Virus record (IMG/VR): IMGVR_UViG_3300020576_005251
Location: 64,001-128,000 of that record
Length of the DNA: 64,000 nt
Direction: 5' to 3' (one strand)
Source: a virus
Taxonomy: Duplodnaviria > Caudoviricetes
Shown here: piece after piece, positions 1 to 10,013 of the stretch
How positions within the stretch are numbered: position 1 is the stretch's first letter
Layout of the letters: each line of letters starts with the position of its first letter
Program-made: the position numbers and the translations under genes
Notes under the pieces: model-generated
Seen by the model: the letters and a program-made list of their open reading frames with translations, nothing else
Database searches by the model: none
Told to the model about the DNA's origin: nothing

Positions 1-1689
1 CGAAACGACCCGACCGCCTACGTCCGTACGGCCCTCGCGATCAAGCAGCGCGGCGATGAGCTCGCCACGCTCGAAGGCATCTCGGTGGGGCTCAAGGACA
101 TCCGCCCCAACTACGTGGAGCGCGACGCGATCCTCAAGCCCGCGAAGGCGGCGTTCGAGAAGGCGAAGACTCCGGCTGAGCGCGAGAAGATCATCCTGGA
201 GACGCAGGCAAAGATCATCGAGCACACCAAGCAACATCCTGGCTCGATGACACACATGGCGCTCTCCGGCGCGCGTGGCAACCCGGCGCAGCTGATGAAG
301 ATCGTCTCGACCCCGCTCGCGTCCGTGCATCCTCGCGAGGGTCTGGTCAACCACTTCTTCGACAGGTCGTACGCCGAGGGGTTGACTCCCGCTCAGTACT
401 GGCTCCACGGCCCTGAGGTGCGTGCGAACGAGGTGGCCGCGCGCATCTCGGTGTCAGAGCCGGGGGAGGTTGCGAAGGTCCTCGTCAACAACATGATCGC
501 CAAGGTGATCACGCGGGCCGATTGCGGGACGCTCAACGGCATTCGCATGCGCACCGACGATCCGCACGTCATCGATCGCCACACCCAGGCGGACGCTGGC
601 CTCGCTCGCAACACGCTCCTGACGCCGAGGGTCGTGCAGGATCTCCAGCGTCGCAAGGTCGACCACATCCTCGTGCGCTCGCCCATGACGTGTGGGGAGC
701 CGCATGGGGTCTGCCAGATGTGTCAGGGCCTCAGCGAGAAGGGGCAGATCCACACCATCGGAACCCCGGTGGGGGTGCGCGCCGCACAAGCGATGGCGGA
801 GCCGCTGACCCAGATGGCGCTCTCCTCGCGCCACGGCACCCTGACGGTCAAGGCGTCCACCCCAGACCTCGTCGGGCTGAAGGGCGTTCGGCAGCTCCTC
901 GACATCCCGGAGGCATTCCTACACGAAGCCGTGCTCGCTCCCGTAGCAGGTGTCGTCACCAAGATCGAGCCTGCCCCTCAGGGCGGTCACTACGTGTGGG
1001 TCGGCCCCGAGAAGACCTACGTCAACCCGAAGCTCGCGATCCTGCACAAGGTAGGGGATGGTGTCGAGGCTGGCGACGCGCTCACCACGGGCGTCCCCCA
1101 CCCGGAGAAGGTGGTTCGGCACAAGGGCCTGGGCGCGGGGCGTGCGTACTTCGTGAACACGCTCCACCGCGTGTACAAGAAGGAGGGCGTCGACATCGAC
1201 AAGCGCCACCTGGAAGTGCTGGCGAAGTCGGACATCAACCACGTCAAGCTGCTCGACGTTGACCCCGAACACCCGCACCTGCTCAAGGGCGACGTGATCA
1301 ACTACAACGCGTTCCGCGACGCGTACGCAGACCACGTCGTCGACCTCGCACCCGAGAAGGCGGTGGGCCGACGCCTGGGGCGCGAAGTGCTCCATCACAC
1401 GGTCGGGACGTTGGTGACTCCATCTCTGGCGCGGGAGCTCAAGGCCGGAGGCGTTCACACCGTGCATGTGGCCGCGAACATGCCGAACGTCGAGTTCGTG
1501 ATGCGCCCGTTCACAATGAACCCGCTGCTCGACAGCGACTGGATGGCCCGCCTGTCGCACCGCTACCTGAAGGCGAGCATCGCCGACGCCGCCCACACAG
1601 GTGATGTCGCGGACATCCACACCACGCACCCCATCCCCGCCTATGCTTTCGGTGCCGAGTTCGGGCACGGGCCGGATGGGCGCTTCTGA
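1..1689 (+). CDS. rpoC: Phage-encoded multisubunit RNA polymerase beta' subunit, C-terminal part (5'-truncated by window)
   Basis: Frame open from base 1 (…ATLEGISVGLKDI). RpoC motifs: SGARGN, SYAEGLTP (bridge-helix region), DCGT, RSPMTC…GVCQMCQG (Zn site), GxxAAQAMAEPLTQM (trigger loop), GVDIDKRHLEV. Confidence 0.92.
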   Translation, partial: RNDPTAYVRTALAIKQRGDELATLEGISVGLKDIRPNYVERDAILKPAKAAFEKAKTPAEREKIILETQAKIIEHTKQHPGSMTHMALSGARGNPAQLMKIVSTPLASVHPREGLVNHFFDRSYAEGLTPAQYWLHGPEVRANEVAARISVSEPGEVAKVLVNNMIAKVITRADCGTLNGIRMRTDDPHVIDRHTQADAGLARNTLLTPRVVQDLQRRKVDHILVRSPMTCGEPHGVCQMCQGLSEKGQIHTIGTPVGVRAAQAMAEPLTQMALSSRHGTLTVKASTPDLVGLKGVRQLLDIPEAFLHEAVLAPVAGVVTKIEPAPQGGHYVWVGPEKTYVNPKLAILHKVGDGVEAGDALTTGVPHPEKVVRHKGLGAGRAYFVNTLHRVYKKEGVDIDKRHLEVLAKSDINHVKLLDVDPEHPHLLKGDVINYNAFRDAYADHVVDLAPEKAVGRRLGREVLHHTVGTLVTPSLARELKAGGVHTVHVAANMPNVEFVMRPFTMNPLLDSDWMARLSHRYLKASIADAAHTGDVADIHTTHPIPAYAFGAEFGHGPDGRF

Positions 1690-2381
1690 TGAACGACCAA
1701 TACGCCGTATCGCGCAGCTACGAGATGGGCGTTGACGCCACCTGGACGCGTCTCGGGTTCACCAAGACAGCGGGGACTCTCGACACCGTGAAGCGGATCG
1801 CGTCGTGGCCCTTCCGCTTTCACCAGTTGAGCGGCACTCCGACAACCTTTGGTCAAAAGGTGTGGCACGGGGCGGCGCCCATTCTCGACATGACCCGCCA
1901 CATGGCCATCGGCTCCCCGGTCGACGAGTGGAACCGCTTCCAGCACTTGCGTCAGCAGAGTGGGTCGGGGCTAAAGGCATACGGCCAGATGGCGAAGGAC
2001 TATCTCTGGAGTCCGGGATACACAGGTGAAGGCGGCGCAGGGAAGTGGATCCGTCGCAGCATGAACGCCCTGGGTGTGGCAGGCACTGGCGCCGAAGCCT
2101 ACCGAGCTCTAACGGGCGATCCTTCGCAGCGCGCAGGGGATATCGCGGCGCTCGGCACCAGCCTCGTGGCGGGGCCTGTGACCGGGTCCCTGGGCATGTT
2201 CGCAGGGCCCATGGTGCACAGCGCCCTCACCTCTACTGCGCGTAGTGCTGGACACCTCCTCGATTCTCCCACACAACAGCCTCTCGAACTCCCGCCTTCG
2301 CGCGACGTTCCGGAGCACGTCAGCCGCGCCTTGCGCAGCTACAACACGATCAAGGACCAAACTGGCGCGGAACCGCGCTAG
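1689..2381 (+). CDS. Putative virion/internal head protein with Gly-rich hydrophobic segments
   Basis: TGATG-coupled to the RNAP gene; N-terminal SYEMGVDATWTRLGFTKTAG leader ending in K-x-A. Confidence 0.6.
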   Translation: MNDQYAVSRSYEMGVDATWTRLGFTKTAGTLDTVKRIASWPFRFHQLSGTPTTFGQKVWHGAAPILDMTRHMAIGSPVDEWNRFQHLRQQSGSGLKAYGQMAKDYLWSPGYTGEGGAGKWIRRSMNALGVAGTGAEAYRALTGDPSQRAGDIAALGTSLVAGPVTGSLGMFAGPMVHSALTSTARSAGHLLDSPTQQPLELPPSRDVPEHVSRALRSYNTIKDQTGAEPR

Positions 2382-2406
2382 ACTACCCATCACAGGAGAT
2401 CTCTCG

Positions 2407-4347
2407 ATGCACCTCTTCCAACGCACACTGCTCCAGGGCGCACACGACCGTCTCGTGGACGCAGGGCGCATGCTCCCCTTCGCCAACGACGAGCTCGCGA
2501 CGGAGGTGTTCGACAAGATCGCCTCCGACATGGGCCTGCCCGCGATCCTCACCGAGCGTCCCAACTCCAAGCAGGCGGCGGCGCTCGGGAACGCGCTGAT
2601 CGACTACAGCCAGAAGCTCGCCGCGAGCGGCTACGGTCCCGACCAGGAGCTCATGGGCCTCGCCAAGCAGGCGAGCGTCAAGGACCCGAGCGACCGCGCG
2701 CTGATCGTCGCCGAGTACTACATCCAGAAGGCGGCGGAGGAGGGCTCGATCCACGAGAGCGGCGGCATCGGCCTGCGCGCGGCGGGCGAGCACGACCCGA
2801 TGGCGCGGCTCGACCTGATGAACCGGGCGACCGGCGCGTACGCCGTATCGCAGGGCCAGTCGAACTTCGCCATGCCCGGGGTGCTCGGCCGCGAGCTGGC
2901 GGCGCCGGGGGCGCCGAGCACGGGGGCGAACGTGAGCTCGAAGATCGCCGAGAGCGACCTGACCATCGAGCAGATGCGTGCTCGTACGGAGCAGATGGCG
3001 AACGCGGCGCGTCAGCAGTCGAGCATGGCGCAGCCTGCGGCCGTCCGAGGGTCTGCGGTGGTCCCGTCGTCGATCCAAGGGTTCAAGACTGAGGCGCCCT
3101 CGGGCTCTGGCGGGCGTCTCCCCTCCGCGCAGTCGTGGACGAACGCGCTCGACGCCGCTCCGGTCCCCCAGCGTCTGAACGCGCTGGATGTGGCCGCGCA
3201 CGGTCTGCCCGTGGATCCGCACAATCCCACCGGGTGGCAGCAGCTGAAGCAGGAGTTCGGCTCCTCCAACCGTCAGCACCTGGAGCACTGGGGCGACCGC
3301 ACGGGCTGGGGCAAGGCGCGCAGCGCGGGGGTCCTCGGCGCGCGCGCCGCAGGGGTCGGCGGCGCCGTCGTGGCGGCTGGTCTCGGTGCCCGCGCCCTCT
3401 ACCGCCACTTCAACCCGGAAGAGAAGCAGGTCCAGGCGTCGGAGAAGGTCGCGCTCGACATGCCCGACTTCGGGAAGACCTGGGACTCCATCAAGGGCAT
3501 GACGCGCTACTACCGCGATCGTGCGGGTGAGGGCATGGGCGCCCGCGCCCAGCAGGTGGGCAACTTCTTCTCCGAGAATGCCCAGGGGCTGGGCGAGCGC
3601 CTGACGGACGCGCGGAACGCTCAGCAGTGGGTCGGGTCTTCGGCCGAAGCCCTCCAGGGGCTCGGTCACAGCGACGCGAGCATGCGCGCGCTCCGCAACC
3701 AGAACCTCATGGAAGCCCTCGGGCACGGCGCGCGTCTCGCGGCCCCCGCTGCGGGCCTCGCTGCCGCTGGCGGTCTCGCCTACGGCGGCAAGAAGCTCTA
3801 CGACCACCTCCAGGGCTCGCCCGAGGACATGGAGGTCAACGCGAGCGACGACAGCCTCGGCGCCCTCGCGCAGGCCCTCCAGGAGCACGGGATCGATCCG
3901 ACCCCCGAGCTCCTCGCGGAGCTGCACGAGGCGATGGAGGCGGAAGAGGGTGGCGGCGGCGAGATGCCGCCCGGCGCCCCGAGCGGCCAGGAGCCCCCGA
4001 AGCAGGCCGCTGAGGGCTCGCTCCACCCGACGCCCCCGGGCAACAAGCTCACGGGCGCCGCCGCGCACGACCCGATCGCGGCCCTCGACGTGAAGAACCG
4101 CGCCCCCGGGTCCTACAAGGTCCCCCAGGGAAAGACCGAGCTCTCGACCGCGAGCGGCACGATCGGCGACGAGAAGAAGGCGTCCGAGAACGCGTGGCGC
4201 GAGAACATCGTGAAGACCGCCCAGGAGTGGGGACCCTACCTCCCGGCCGCGTGGCCGGAGAACGTCAAGCACGCCGCGATCCAGAACATCGCCGCGCAGG
4301 CCCCCTCGGATCGCCAGCGCTTCGTGCAGTCCCTCCTCCGCCGCTGA
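2407..4347 (+). CDS. Putative internal head protein with an internally duplicated module
   Basis: AGGAG RBS before ATG 2407 (ORF-track start 2245 is probably too early); many K-x-A motifs; two copies of an EGSxH…HDPxAxLDxxNRAxGxYxVxQG module. Confidence 0.65.
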   Translation: MHLFQRTLLQGAHDRLVDAGRMLPFANDELATEVFDKIASDMGLPAILTERPNSKQAAALGNALIDYSQKLAASGYGPDQELMGLAKQASVKDPSDRALIVAEYYIQKAAEEGSIHESGGIGLRAAGEHDPMARLDLMNRATGAYAVSQGQSNFAMPGVLGRELAAPGAPSTGANVSSKIAESDLTIEQMRARTEQMANAARQQSSMAQPAAVRGSAVVPSSIQGFKTEAPSGSGGRLPSAQSWTNALDAAPVPQRLNALDVAAHGLPVDPHNPTGWQQLKQEFGSSNRQHLEHWGDRTGWGKARSAGVLGARAAGVGGAVVAAGLGARALYRHFNPEEKQVQASEKVALDMPDFGKTWDSIKGMTRYYRDRAGEGMGARAQQVGNFFSENAQGLGERLTDARNAQQWVGSSAEALQGLGHSDASMRALRNQNLMEALGHGARLAAPAAGLAAAGGLAYGGKKLYDHLQGSPEDMEVNASDDSLGALAQALQEHGIDPTPELLAELHEAMEAEEGGGGEMPPGAPSGQEPPKQAAEGSLHPTPPGNKLTGAAAHDPIAALDVKNRAPGSYKVPQGKTELSTASGTIGDEKKASENAWRENIVKTAQEWGPYLPAAWPENVKHAAIQNIAAQAPSDRQRFVQSLLRR

Positions 4348-4374
4348 CGAAAGGCATCGTACACTAGCGGTACG

Positions 4375-6915
4375 ATGCCGTTCGCCGACCTGCAATCCCC
4401 CCGATCACAAGAGTTCGCCAACGCGCCGTCGCCCGACGACGAGGAGGCCCTGTTCACACAGGGCTTCACCGATCTGGCGTACAAGGCCCTCGCCAAGGGA
4501 GCGCCGACGCTGCGCTCCTCGGTGATCACCTTCCGCGACCTGGAGAAGGATGTCGCGAAGGGCGAAGCCGTGGGCGCGTTCATCGTGCGGCACGGCACCG
4601 AGATCGTGTACGTGCCGGTGGTGCTGGTCGACAACGCGGTGAAGCCGCTCGATGTCTTCTACGCGCGCACGGTCGACCGCTTCTACCCCCTCACCCCGCA
4701 GTGGCTCGATCGCGTGGACCGAGAGACGGTCAACCCGATGGGCCGTGCGATGGACGCGCCGAAGAACGTTCCCACCGATGTCGACCTCCGGTCGATCGTG
4801 ATCCCGCCGACCCTCGGCCGCTTCTCGTACGCAGAGGTCGAGAACACGAAGCTCGCGTTCACGCGCGTGATGCGAGAACTCCGGGAGCCCACCGGATCCT
4901 TCCTCGCCTGCGTGAAGCAGGCCCCCAACCACCTCAAGGTGGCCATGGCCGAGGGGCTCCGTCGCCAGCCCCGGGCCCTCAGCCTGATGGTGGAGCAATA
5001 CGGCGTATCGGCCCTCACCGACGCCCTGAGCCCCTCGCAGGAAAAGCGCGCATCTTCGCAGGAGACGCCCGTTCGGCACGACGTGCGGATGTATTCCGCC
5101 TCGATGCCTGTGCAGGAGATGCAGCGCCAGCTGGGCGCGGGGGAAGCCGCCCACGCGTACAGCCACATCCGCAAGCACGGGTTCTACATCCAGGACACGC
5201 GCAAGAGCCACAACGCCCTCGCGGCGTCAGGGGCGGAGCGGCTCGCGCTGACGACGCCCACTGCGACGGGGCTCTACCGCGTCTACCTGCACGACGGGTC
5301 GTGCAAGGTGGCGGCGGTGATCGTGAACCCGCGTCAGAACTACAAACTCATGCCACGCCTCTACGGCGATACGCGCCGCGAACCCACCGACATCCTGGTG
5401 CTCTTTCAGGACGGTTCGTACGCCCAGCCCAGCGGCATCCTCGCCGAGGCGCTCACGGTCTCCCAAGGAGAGTTCGAGAGCTTCTTCCTCTCACGCGCCC
5501 AGGCGCTGCCGAGCAAGGTCGACGAGTGCGGCGTGCTCGGCCACTTCTTCGCGATGAGCGCCGACTTCACGGAGCCGCAGTACGCGCGAGAGATCCAGCG
5601 CGGAGAGAACACGTCTACGTTCCGTTCGGGGTTCGGCGTGATCTGCCGCGTGACCGGCAAGATCGGCGGCATCAAGGCTCTGCCCCACGGGCTGCTCTAC
5701 GGAGAGGATTCGTTCTGGTGGCCCGTGGGAGAGCAGATCTCTTCCAGCATGTTCCCCACCGATCCGCGCATGATCTCGACCCTGATCGACGCCCAGCTCA
5801 CCAAGGAGGGTGCGGTGCCGATCCGCGTGAAGGTGTCCTCGGATCAGGGGTTCATCGTCGGCCGCGAGGTGCTCTACGGACCCGAAGCCATCGTGAAGGT
5901 GGCATCGGTGTACGGCCTGAACATCGACGACGCCACAGCGGTGCTGGAGACCGTGAAGACCCGCGCCCCGGTCCGCCTGTGGGCCAAGACGGCGGAGCCT
6001 GCGCCCGCCCCTGCGCCGCCTCCCCAGGACCCCAACGCCATGCCGATGGACCCGGCGATGATGGGTCCGCCCATGCCCCCGCCGCCCAGCGGGATGGACC
6101 TCGCCATCACCGAGAAGACTCAGCTGATCCAGCAGCAGATCCTCGCCCTTCAGCAGCAGGCGATGATGCTTCAGGAGGTCCAGATGCGCGCCCAGGGCAT
6201 CGATGGCAGCGGCGGGATGATCGCAGCGCCGCAGGCCGCTCTCGGTGTGATGGGCGCTCCGCCCGCGACGGTGGGTGGGGCTCCGGCGATCGCGCCGATG
6301 GGCAGCATGCCGGGGATGTTGCCGCAGATGGGCCAGCCGCAGATGGGGATGCAGCCGCAGATGGGGATGCAGCCTCAGATGGGCATGGGAATGCAGCCTC
6401 CGATGGGCATGAACCAGCCGCAGCCGGGGATGCCCGGGACGACGCCGGGAATCCCCCAGATGGGTGGCATGGTGGACCCCAACCAGATGGGTGGGGTGAT
6501 GGATCCCAACCAGATGGGCATGCAGGCGCCCCCTCCGCAGCCGGTGATGAGCGAGACGCCCACGGCGGACACGATCGCGAACATGATCGATCCGAAGTTC
6601 CTACAGGACGCGTCACTCCTGGGGGATCCGCGTGTGTTCGACGCCGCCGCCGTGGCCTCGCTGGCGAAGCCGCGTGCGCTCCGGGAGATCTTCCGGAACT
6701 ACGCGCCCACGCTCGATGCCGCCCTCGACAAGCTGGGCCGAACCCTCATCCTCCTCTACACGCAGGCGACGGAACTGCGCGACACGATGGGCGACGAGGC
6801 GTACCAGCGAATCGAGCAGCAGGCGCGTGACACCTTCCGTGTTCTGGGTGATACACTGATCACCTTGGAAGAGCACGGGGCTCACATCCCCGACGGAAAC
6901 AGTCCGACGAGGTAA
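4375..6915 (+). CDS. Large head-morphogenesis-region protein with M/Q/P/G low-complexity tract
   Basis: 846-aa ORF in the virion block; K-x-A motifs; low-complexity QPQMGM tract at about 6000-6550. Confidence 0.6.
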   Translation: MPFADLQSPRSQEFANAPSPDDEEALFTQGFTDLAYKALAKGAPTLRSSVITFRDLEKDVAKGEAVGAFIVRHGTEIVYVPVVLVDNAVKPLDVFYARTVDRFYPLTPQWLDRVDRETVNPMGRAMDAPKNVPTDVDLRSIVIPPTLGRFSYAEVENTKLAFTRVMRELREPTGSFLACVKQAPNHLKVAMAEGLRRQPRALSLMVEQYGVSALTDALSPSQEKRASSQETPVRHDVRMYSASMPVQEMQRQLGAGEAAHAYSHIRKHGFYIQDTRKSHNALAASGAERLALTTPTATGLYRVYLHDGSCKVAAVIVNPRQNYKLMPRLYGDTRREPTDILVLFQDGSYAQPSGILAEALTVSQGEFESFFLSRAQALPSKVDECGVLGHFFAMSADFTEPQYAREIQRGENTSTFRSGFGVICRVTGKIGGIKALPHGLLYGEDSFWWPVGEQISSSMFPTDPRMISTLIDAQLTKEGAVPIRVKVSSDQGFIVGREVLYGPEAIVKVASVYGLNIDDATAVLETVKTRAPVRLWAKTAEPAPAPAPPPQDPNAMPMDPAMMGPPMPPPPSGMDLAITEKTQLIQQQILALQQQAMMLQEVQMRAQGIDGSGGMIAAPQAALGVMGAPPATVGGAPAIAPMGSMPGMLPQMGQPQMGMQPQMGMQPQMGMGMQPPMGMNQPQPGMPGTTPGIPQMGGMVDPNQMGGVMDPNQMGMQAPPPQPVMSETPTADTIANMIDPKFLQDASLLGDPRVFDAAAVASLAKPRALREIFRNYAPTLDAALDKLGRTLILLYTQATELRDTMGDEAYQRIEQQARDTFRVLGDTLITLEEHGAHIPDGNSPTR

Positions 6916-6916
6916 C

Positions 6917-7645
6917 ATGTCCACCCTCCAGCCAGACCGATCAGCCCGACGCGCGCGCGCTGCGTCGGTTGGTGGGTCGCCCGACGGGCTCAATGAGCTC
7001 GAAGGTAAGCTCTACGATTGCCTGCGGGGTCTGGAGGGCCTCCCGGTAGACGAAGACGTGTCCGAGGCGTACGCCTTGTCACGCTCCGTCTACCGGCATG
7101 TCTTGAACGCCCTGCTCCTGGTCAAAGCCGACATCCCCACCATCGCCAGTGGGCTCGACATGACCGAGGCGTGCATTACGGCGTATCGGGACCTGTTCTT
7201 CGATGTCCGTGTGTTCCGCAACGCGTTTCAGGTGCGCACGTTCATCTCGAACCTCGTGGACGACGACACCGAGGAGTTCAAGTCCTACAACCTCGCGCTC
7301 GTCGAGGGGGCGGACTCCCTGATCGATCGGTACCGCGTGGGCGAAGCGCCGCCCCCCGACCCGAAGGTCGTGGTGTCGCGAGCGGTGCGTGAGTTCATGT
7401 CGCGGTCACGAGAGCACCGAGGGCAGCGGCTCACAAGCAAGGCCGCTCAAGAGTCCTTGCGGTGCGCGCGAGATGCCGTCAGCGCGAGCAGCCACCTGCA
7501 CAGCATCTCGCCGAGCACCACCCCCGGCCAGCAGGCTGAGCTCCAGTGGCGTCTGGCCCTGGTCCCCAACGACACGACCATCCCTGCCGCCAGCGCTCCG
7601 GTTCTCGTGACAGAGTTGGTGCGCTCCGGCCCCGCCCCGCAGTAG
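6917..7645 (+). CDS. Hypothetical protein (head module)
   Basis: GAGG RBS; tiles between neighbouring genes. Confidence 0.65.
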   Translation: MSTLQPDRSARRARAASVGGSPDGLNELEGKLYDCLRGLEGLPVDEDVSEAYALSRSVYRHVLNALLLVKADIPTIASGLDMTEACITAYRDLFFDVRVFRNAFQVRTFISNLVDDDTEEFKSYNLALVEGADSLIDRYRVGEAPPPDPKVVVSRAVREFMSRSREHRGQRLTSKAAQESLRCARDAVSASSHLHSISPSTTPGQQAELQWRLALVPNDTTIPAASAPVLVTELVRSGPAPQ

Positions 7646-7654
7646 ACTTACCTC

Positions 7655-8446
7655 GTGAGAACACAGGAAGAGTTTCTGGCTGAGGGGCGCCGCCTCGCGC
7701 AAGCCTACGCGGAAGCCCAAGACATCGGCGGGAACACCCCCGACGCCTTGGTGGAGAAGTGCGCGCGCGAGAAGGGGCTGAACGCCGAGCAGATCCGGCG
7801 TCTGGGCCGCGCGACGAACGTCTCGCTCTTCGCGGTGAAGTACGCCGCCGCTGCGGGGCAGACCGACCGTCGCGTGGAGTTCCCCACGGTCGACCCGGAG
7901 GCGATCATCACCAGCCTCCGTGCGCCCGAGCCCGAAGGCCCTGTGAAGCTCGCGGCGGAAGCGTACCCGAGCTTCGTGAACCCGAACACGCCCGCGATCG
8001 AGAAGGTCGCGGAGGCCGAGGCGCCTCCCCCGCTCTCCGCACGCGAGGTCTGGCGCGAGCGGGACAACCTCTGGCGTCTCCAGCGTGAACTCCCGGCAGA
8101 GGTCGGTGCGATCCAGGAGAAGTGGGCCTCCTGCATCAGCAGCCTCCTCCCCACGTGTCGCCGTGTCGATCACGACCACCTGGAGTTCGAGAAGAACGCC
8201 GTGGCGGTGCTCGGTGAGAACGTGGTGCCGGAGCTCAACGCGGTCCGCGCGCGACTGAAGATGCCGCCGCTGCCTGCGAGCCTGGACAAGTACGCCGCCG
8301 CGCGCGAGTTCCTGGTGGGGGAGGACAACGCCCTCACGGAGCGCCTGAAGACGGCGATGGATCTGAGGCAGCAATACGGCGTACAGTCGGAGCTGCTGAG
8401 CAAGGTTGAGGCCGCGTACGCGGCGTCGAGGGCGGTGGGGCGATGA
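7655..8446 (+). CDS. Hypothetical head-module protein
   Basis: TAGACT box 6 nt before GTG; VKLAAE and EKVAE motifs; ATGA overlap with next gene. Confidence 0.65.
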   Translation: MRTQEEFLAEGRRLAQAYAEAQDIGGNTPDALVEKCAREKGLNAEQIRRLGRATNVSLFAVKYAAAAGQTDRRVEFPTVDPEAIITSLRAPEPEGPVKLAAEAYPSFVNPNTPAIEKVAEAEAPPPLSAREVWRERDNLWRLQRELPAEVGAIQEKWASCISSLLPTCRRVDHDHLEFEKNAVAVLGENVVPELNAVRARLKMPPLPASLDKYAAAREFLVGEDNALTERLKTAMDLRQQYGVQSELLSKVEAAYAASRAVGR

Positions 8447-9771
8447 ACGCGCTGTACCAGATGATGCTGAAGGAAGCCCAGGGCACGCTGCACGTGAACG
8501 TGGCTCCGCGGATGCCCCCGCGAGTTCAGCGCAATCCTGCGTCGCCTCCGGCTGCACAACCCACCCAACGTGCGGCAACACCCCAGGCGGCGCAGGTCGC
8601 TCAGGCCCCGCAGCGGGCCGCGACGCCTCCGGCTGCACAGGCGTCGCGGCCTCCAGCTGCTCCGCCCGTGATCCCCAAGGGCACACACCAGAAGAACCCG
8701 CAGGCGCCGCAGCCGCCGCCCGCCCCCGCGAAGGCGCGGGCCGATCGCTACACGATGGGTCCTGCCAAGTCGGATGCGTACACGCTCGGCCCTGCTCCTG
8801 CTCAGGCTGCTCCTGCTCAGGCTCAGGCTACTCCTGCTCAGGCTGCTCCTGCTCAGGCTGCTCCTGCTCAGGCTGCTCCTGCTCAGGCTGCTCCTGCTCA
8901 GGCTACTCCTGCTCAGGCTGCTCCTGCTCAGGCTGCTCCTGCTCAGGCTGCTCCTGCTCAGGCTGCTCCTGCTCAGGCTGCTCCTGCTCAGGCTGCTCCT
9001 GCCGCTGAGGCCCCCGCACGTCACCCCCTTTCGTTCGTCGATGGGGCCATGACGCAGGTTAGACAAGTACGCGCGAACGCACACACGCACTTCACGCCGG
9101 AGAACCTCCAGACGCTCCGGGACACCCGCGCCACCGTGGGGAAGTGGGGGCGACGGGCTGGGACCGTTGGTGCAATCGGAGCCGGGCTCGCCGTGGGCAA
9201 GCGCGTTCTCGACGATGGCACTGGAGCCGAACAAGATGCGCGCATGCGTGACTACCTCGCTTCGACGCAGCACCAGATGACCGGCGCGCTACCGGGCATG
9301 CAGGTCTACGGCAGCTACGAGGCGTTCGGGGCGGCGAAGCTGGCGGAGATCGATGCGATGGAGAAGCGGGCGGAGCCCTCGTACCCCTACCCGTACGCAC
9401 AGTCCGCGCACGCTGCGATGTCTGCGGAGTTCGGCAAGGCCCTGGCCCAGAAGCTCGTGTCGGAACCGATCGACATCGCGCACCGCTTCCTCAAGAAGAG
9501 GCTCGTCGACGACCCGAAGGCGGACGCCGTCTTCCAGACGGTGATCAACGAAGATCCGATGCTCCGCGAGGCGTACGCGCAGAACCCTGTGACGTTGCAG
9601 CGCAGCTTCGCGACCATTCGCAAGATGAGCCCCTCAATCGCCACGCTCCACGGGCCTGTGCAGAGCTTTCTGCGCCACGCAACCATCACGGGGGGTCCGC
9701 TGGACCTCGCGGCTGTGCGCCAACTGGCTGAGACGCAGCGCTTCCACCAGAGCGCAAAGAACGGAGTCTGA
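8443..9771 (+). CDS. Putative internal head protein with AQAAP repeat
   Basis: N-terminal MNALYQMMLKEAQ; Pro/Ala/Gln linker; Gly-rich hydrophobic segment; MEKRAE motif. Confidence 0.6.
   Translation: MNALYQMMLKEAQGTLHVNVAPRMPPRVQRNPASPPAAQPTQRAATPQAAQVAQAPQRAATPPAAQASRPPAAPPVIPKGTHQKNPQAPQPPPAPAKARADRYTMGPAKSDAYTLGPAPAQAAPAQAQATPAQAAPAQAAPAQAAPAQAAPAQATPAQAAPAQAAPAQAAPAQAAPAQAAPAQAAPAAEAPARHPLSFVDGAMTQVRQVRANAHTHFTPENLQTLRDTRATVGKWGRRAGTVGAIGAGLAVGKRVLDDGTGAEQDARMRDYLASTQHQMTGALPGMQVYGSYEAFGAAKLAEIDAMEKRAEPSYPYPYAQSAHAAMSAEFGKALAQKLVSEPIDIAHRFLKKRLVDDPKADAVFQTVINEDPMLREAYAQNPVTLQRSFATIRKMSPSIATLHGPVQSFLRHATITGGPLDLAAVRQLAETQRFHQSAKNGV
8791..9003 (+). repeat. 15-bp tandem repeat (cctgctcaggctgct) x about 13, encoding (AQAAP)n
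   Basis: Directly visible; near-perfect units with occasional act variants. Confidence 0.95.
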
Positions 9772-9773
9772 AG

Positions 9774-10013
9774 ATGCTGAGTGATCGTCTGCGTCGGGCC
9801 CTTCAGGAGCATGGGTCTGAACGAATCATCTACGCGGCGGACAAGCTGGCAGGCATCGAGGGCGTGAACCCCGACGACTACCAGGGTCCGCTGAACACGA
9901 TGCTCGCGAAGGCCGCTTCGGACATGAGCCGTCGTCTGGTCGCGAACCAGATCAACAACGAGAACCGCATGGGGGGCCTCGTGTCCCTCTGCTACTACAA
10001 GACGCTGCGATGA
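9774..10013 (+). CDS. Small hypothetical protein
   Basis: Tiles between genes; DKLAG and AKAAS motifs. Confidence 0.6.
   Translation: MLSDRLRRALQEHGSERIIYAADKLAGIEGVNPDDYQGPLNTMLAKAASDMSRRLVANQINNENRMGGLVSLCYYKTLR

Noticed and set aside
1-1689. Bacterial chromosomal rpoC
   Set aside because: Highly divergent motifs and phage virion genes downstream instead of ribosomal-protein genes.
2383-4395. Long antisense ORFs (also 17968-20565, 23565-25133, 21426-22844, 33143-34552)
   Set aside because: They are shadows of high-GC3 genes on the opposite strand: Arg/Gly-rich, no motifs, and fully overlapping better-supported CDSs.
4375-6915. Portal protein assignment
   Set aside because: Size and location are compatible, but I recognise no portal motif; left as an unassigned head-region protein.
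8791-9003. Possible CRISPR array
   Set aside because: Contiguous tandem units with no spacers, inside a CDS, and no cas genes.
8406-9052. Cys-rich (SCSGC)n and Leu/Arg (LLLLR)n ORFs
   Set aside because: Alternative frames of the 15-bp repeat; the AQAAP frame is continuous with a coupled 442-aa gene.
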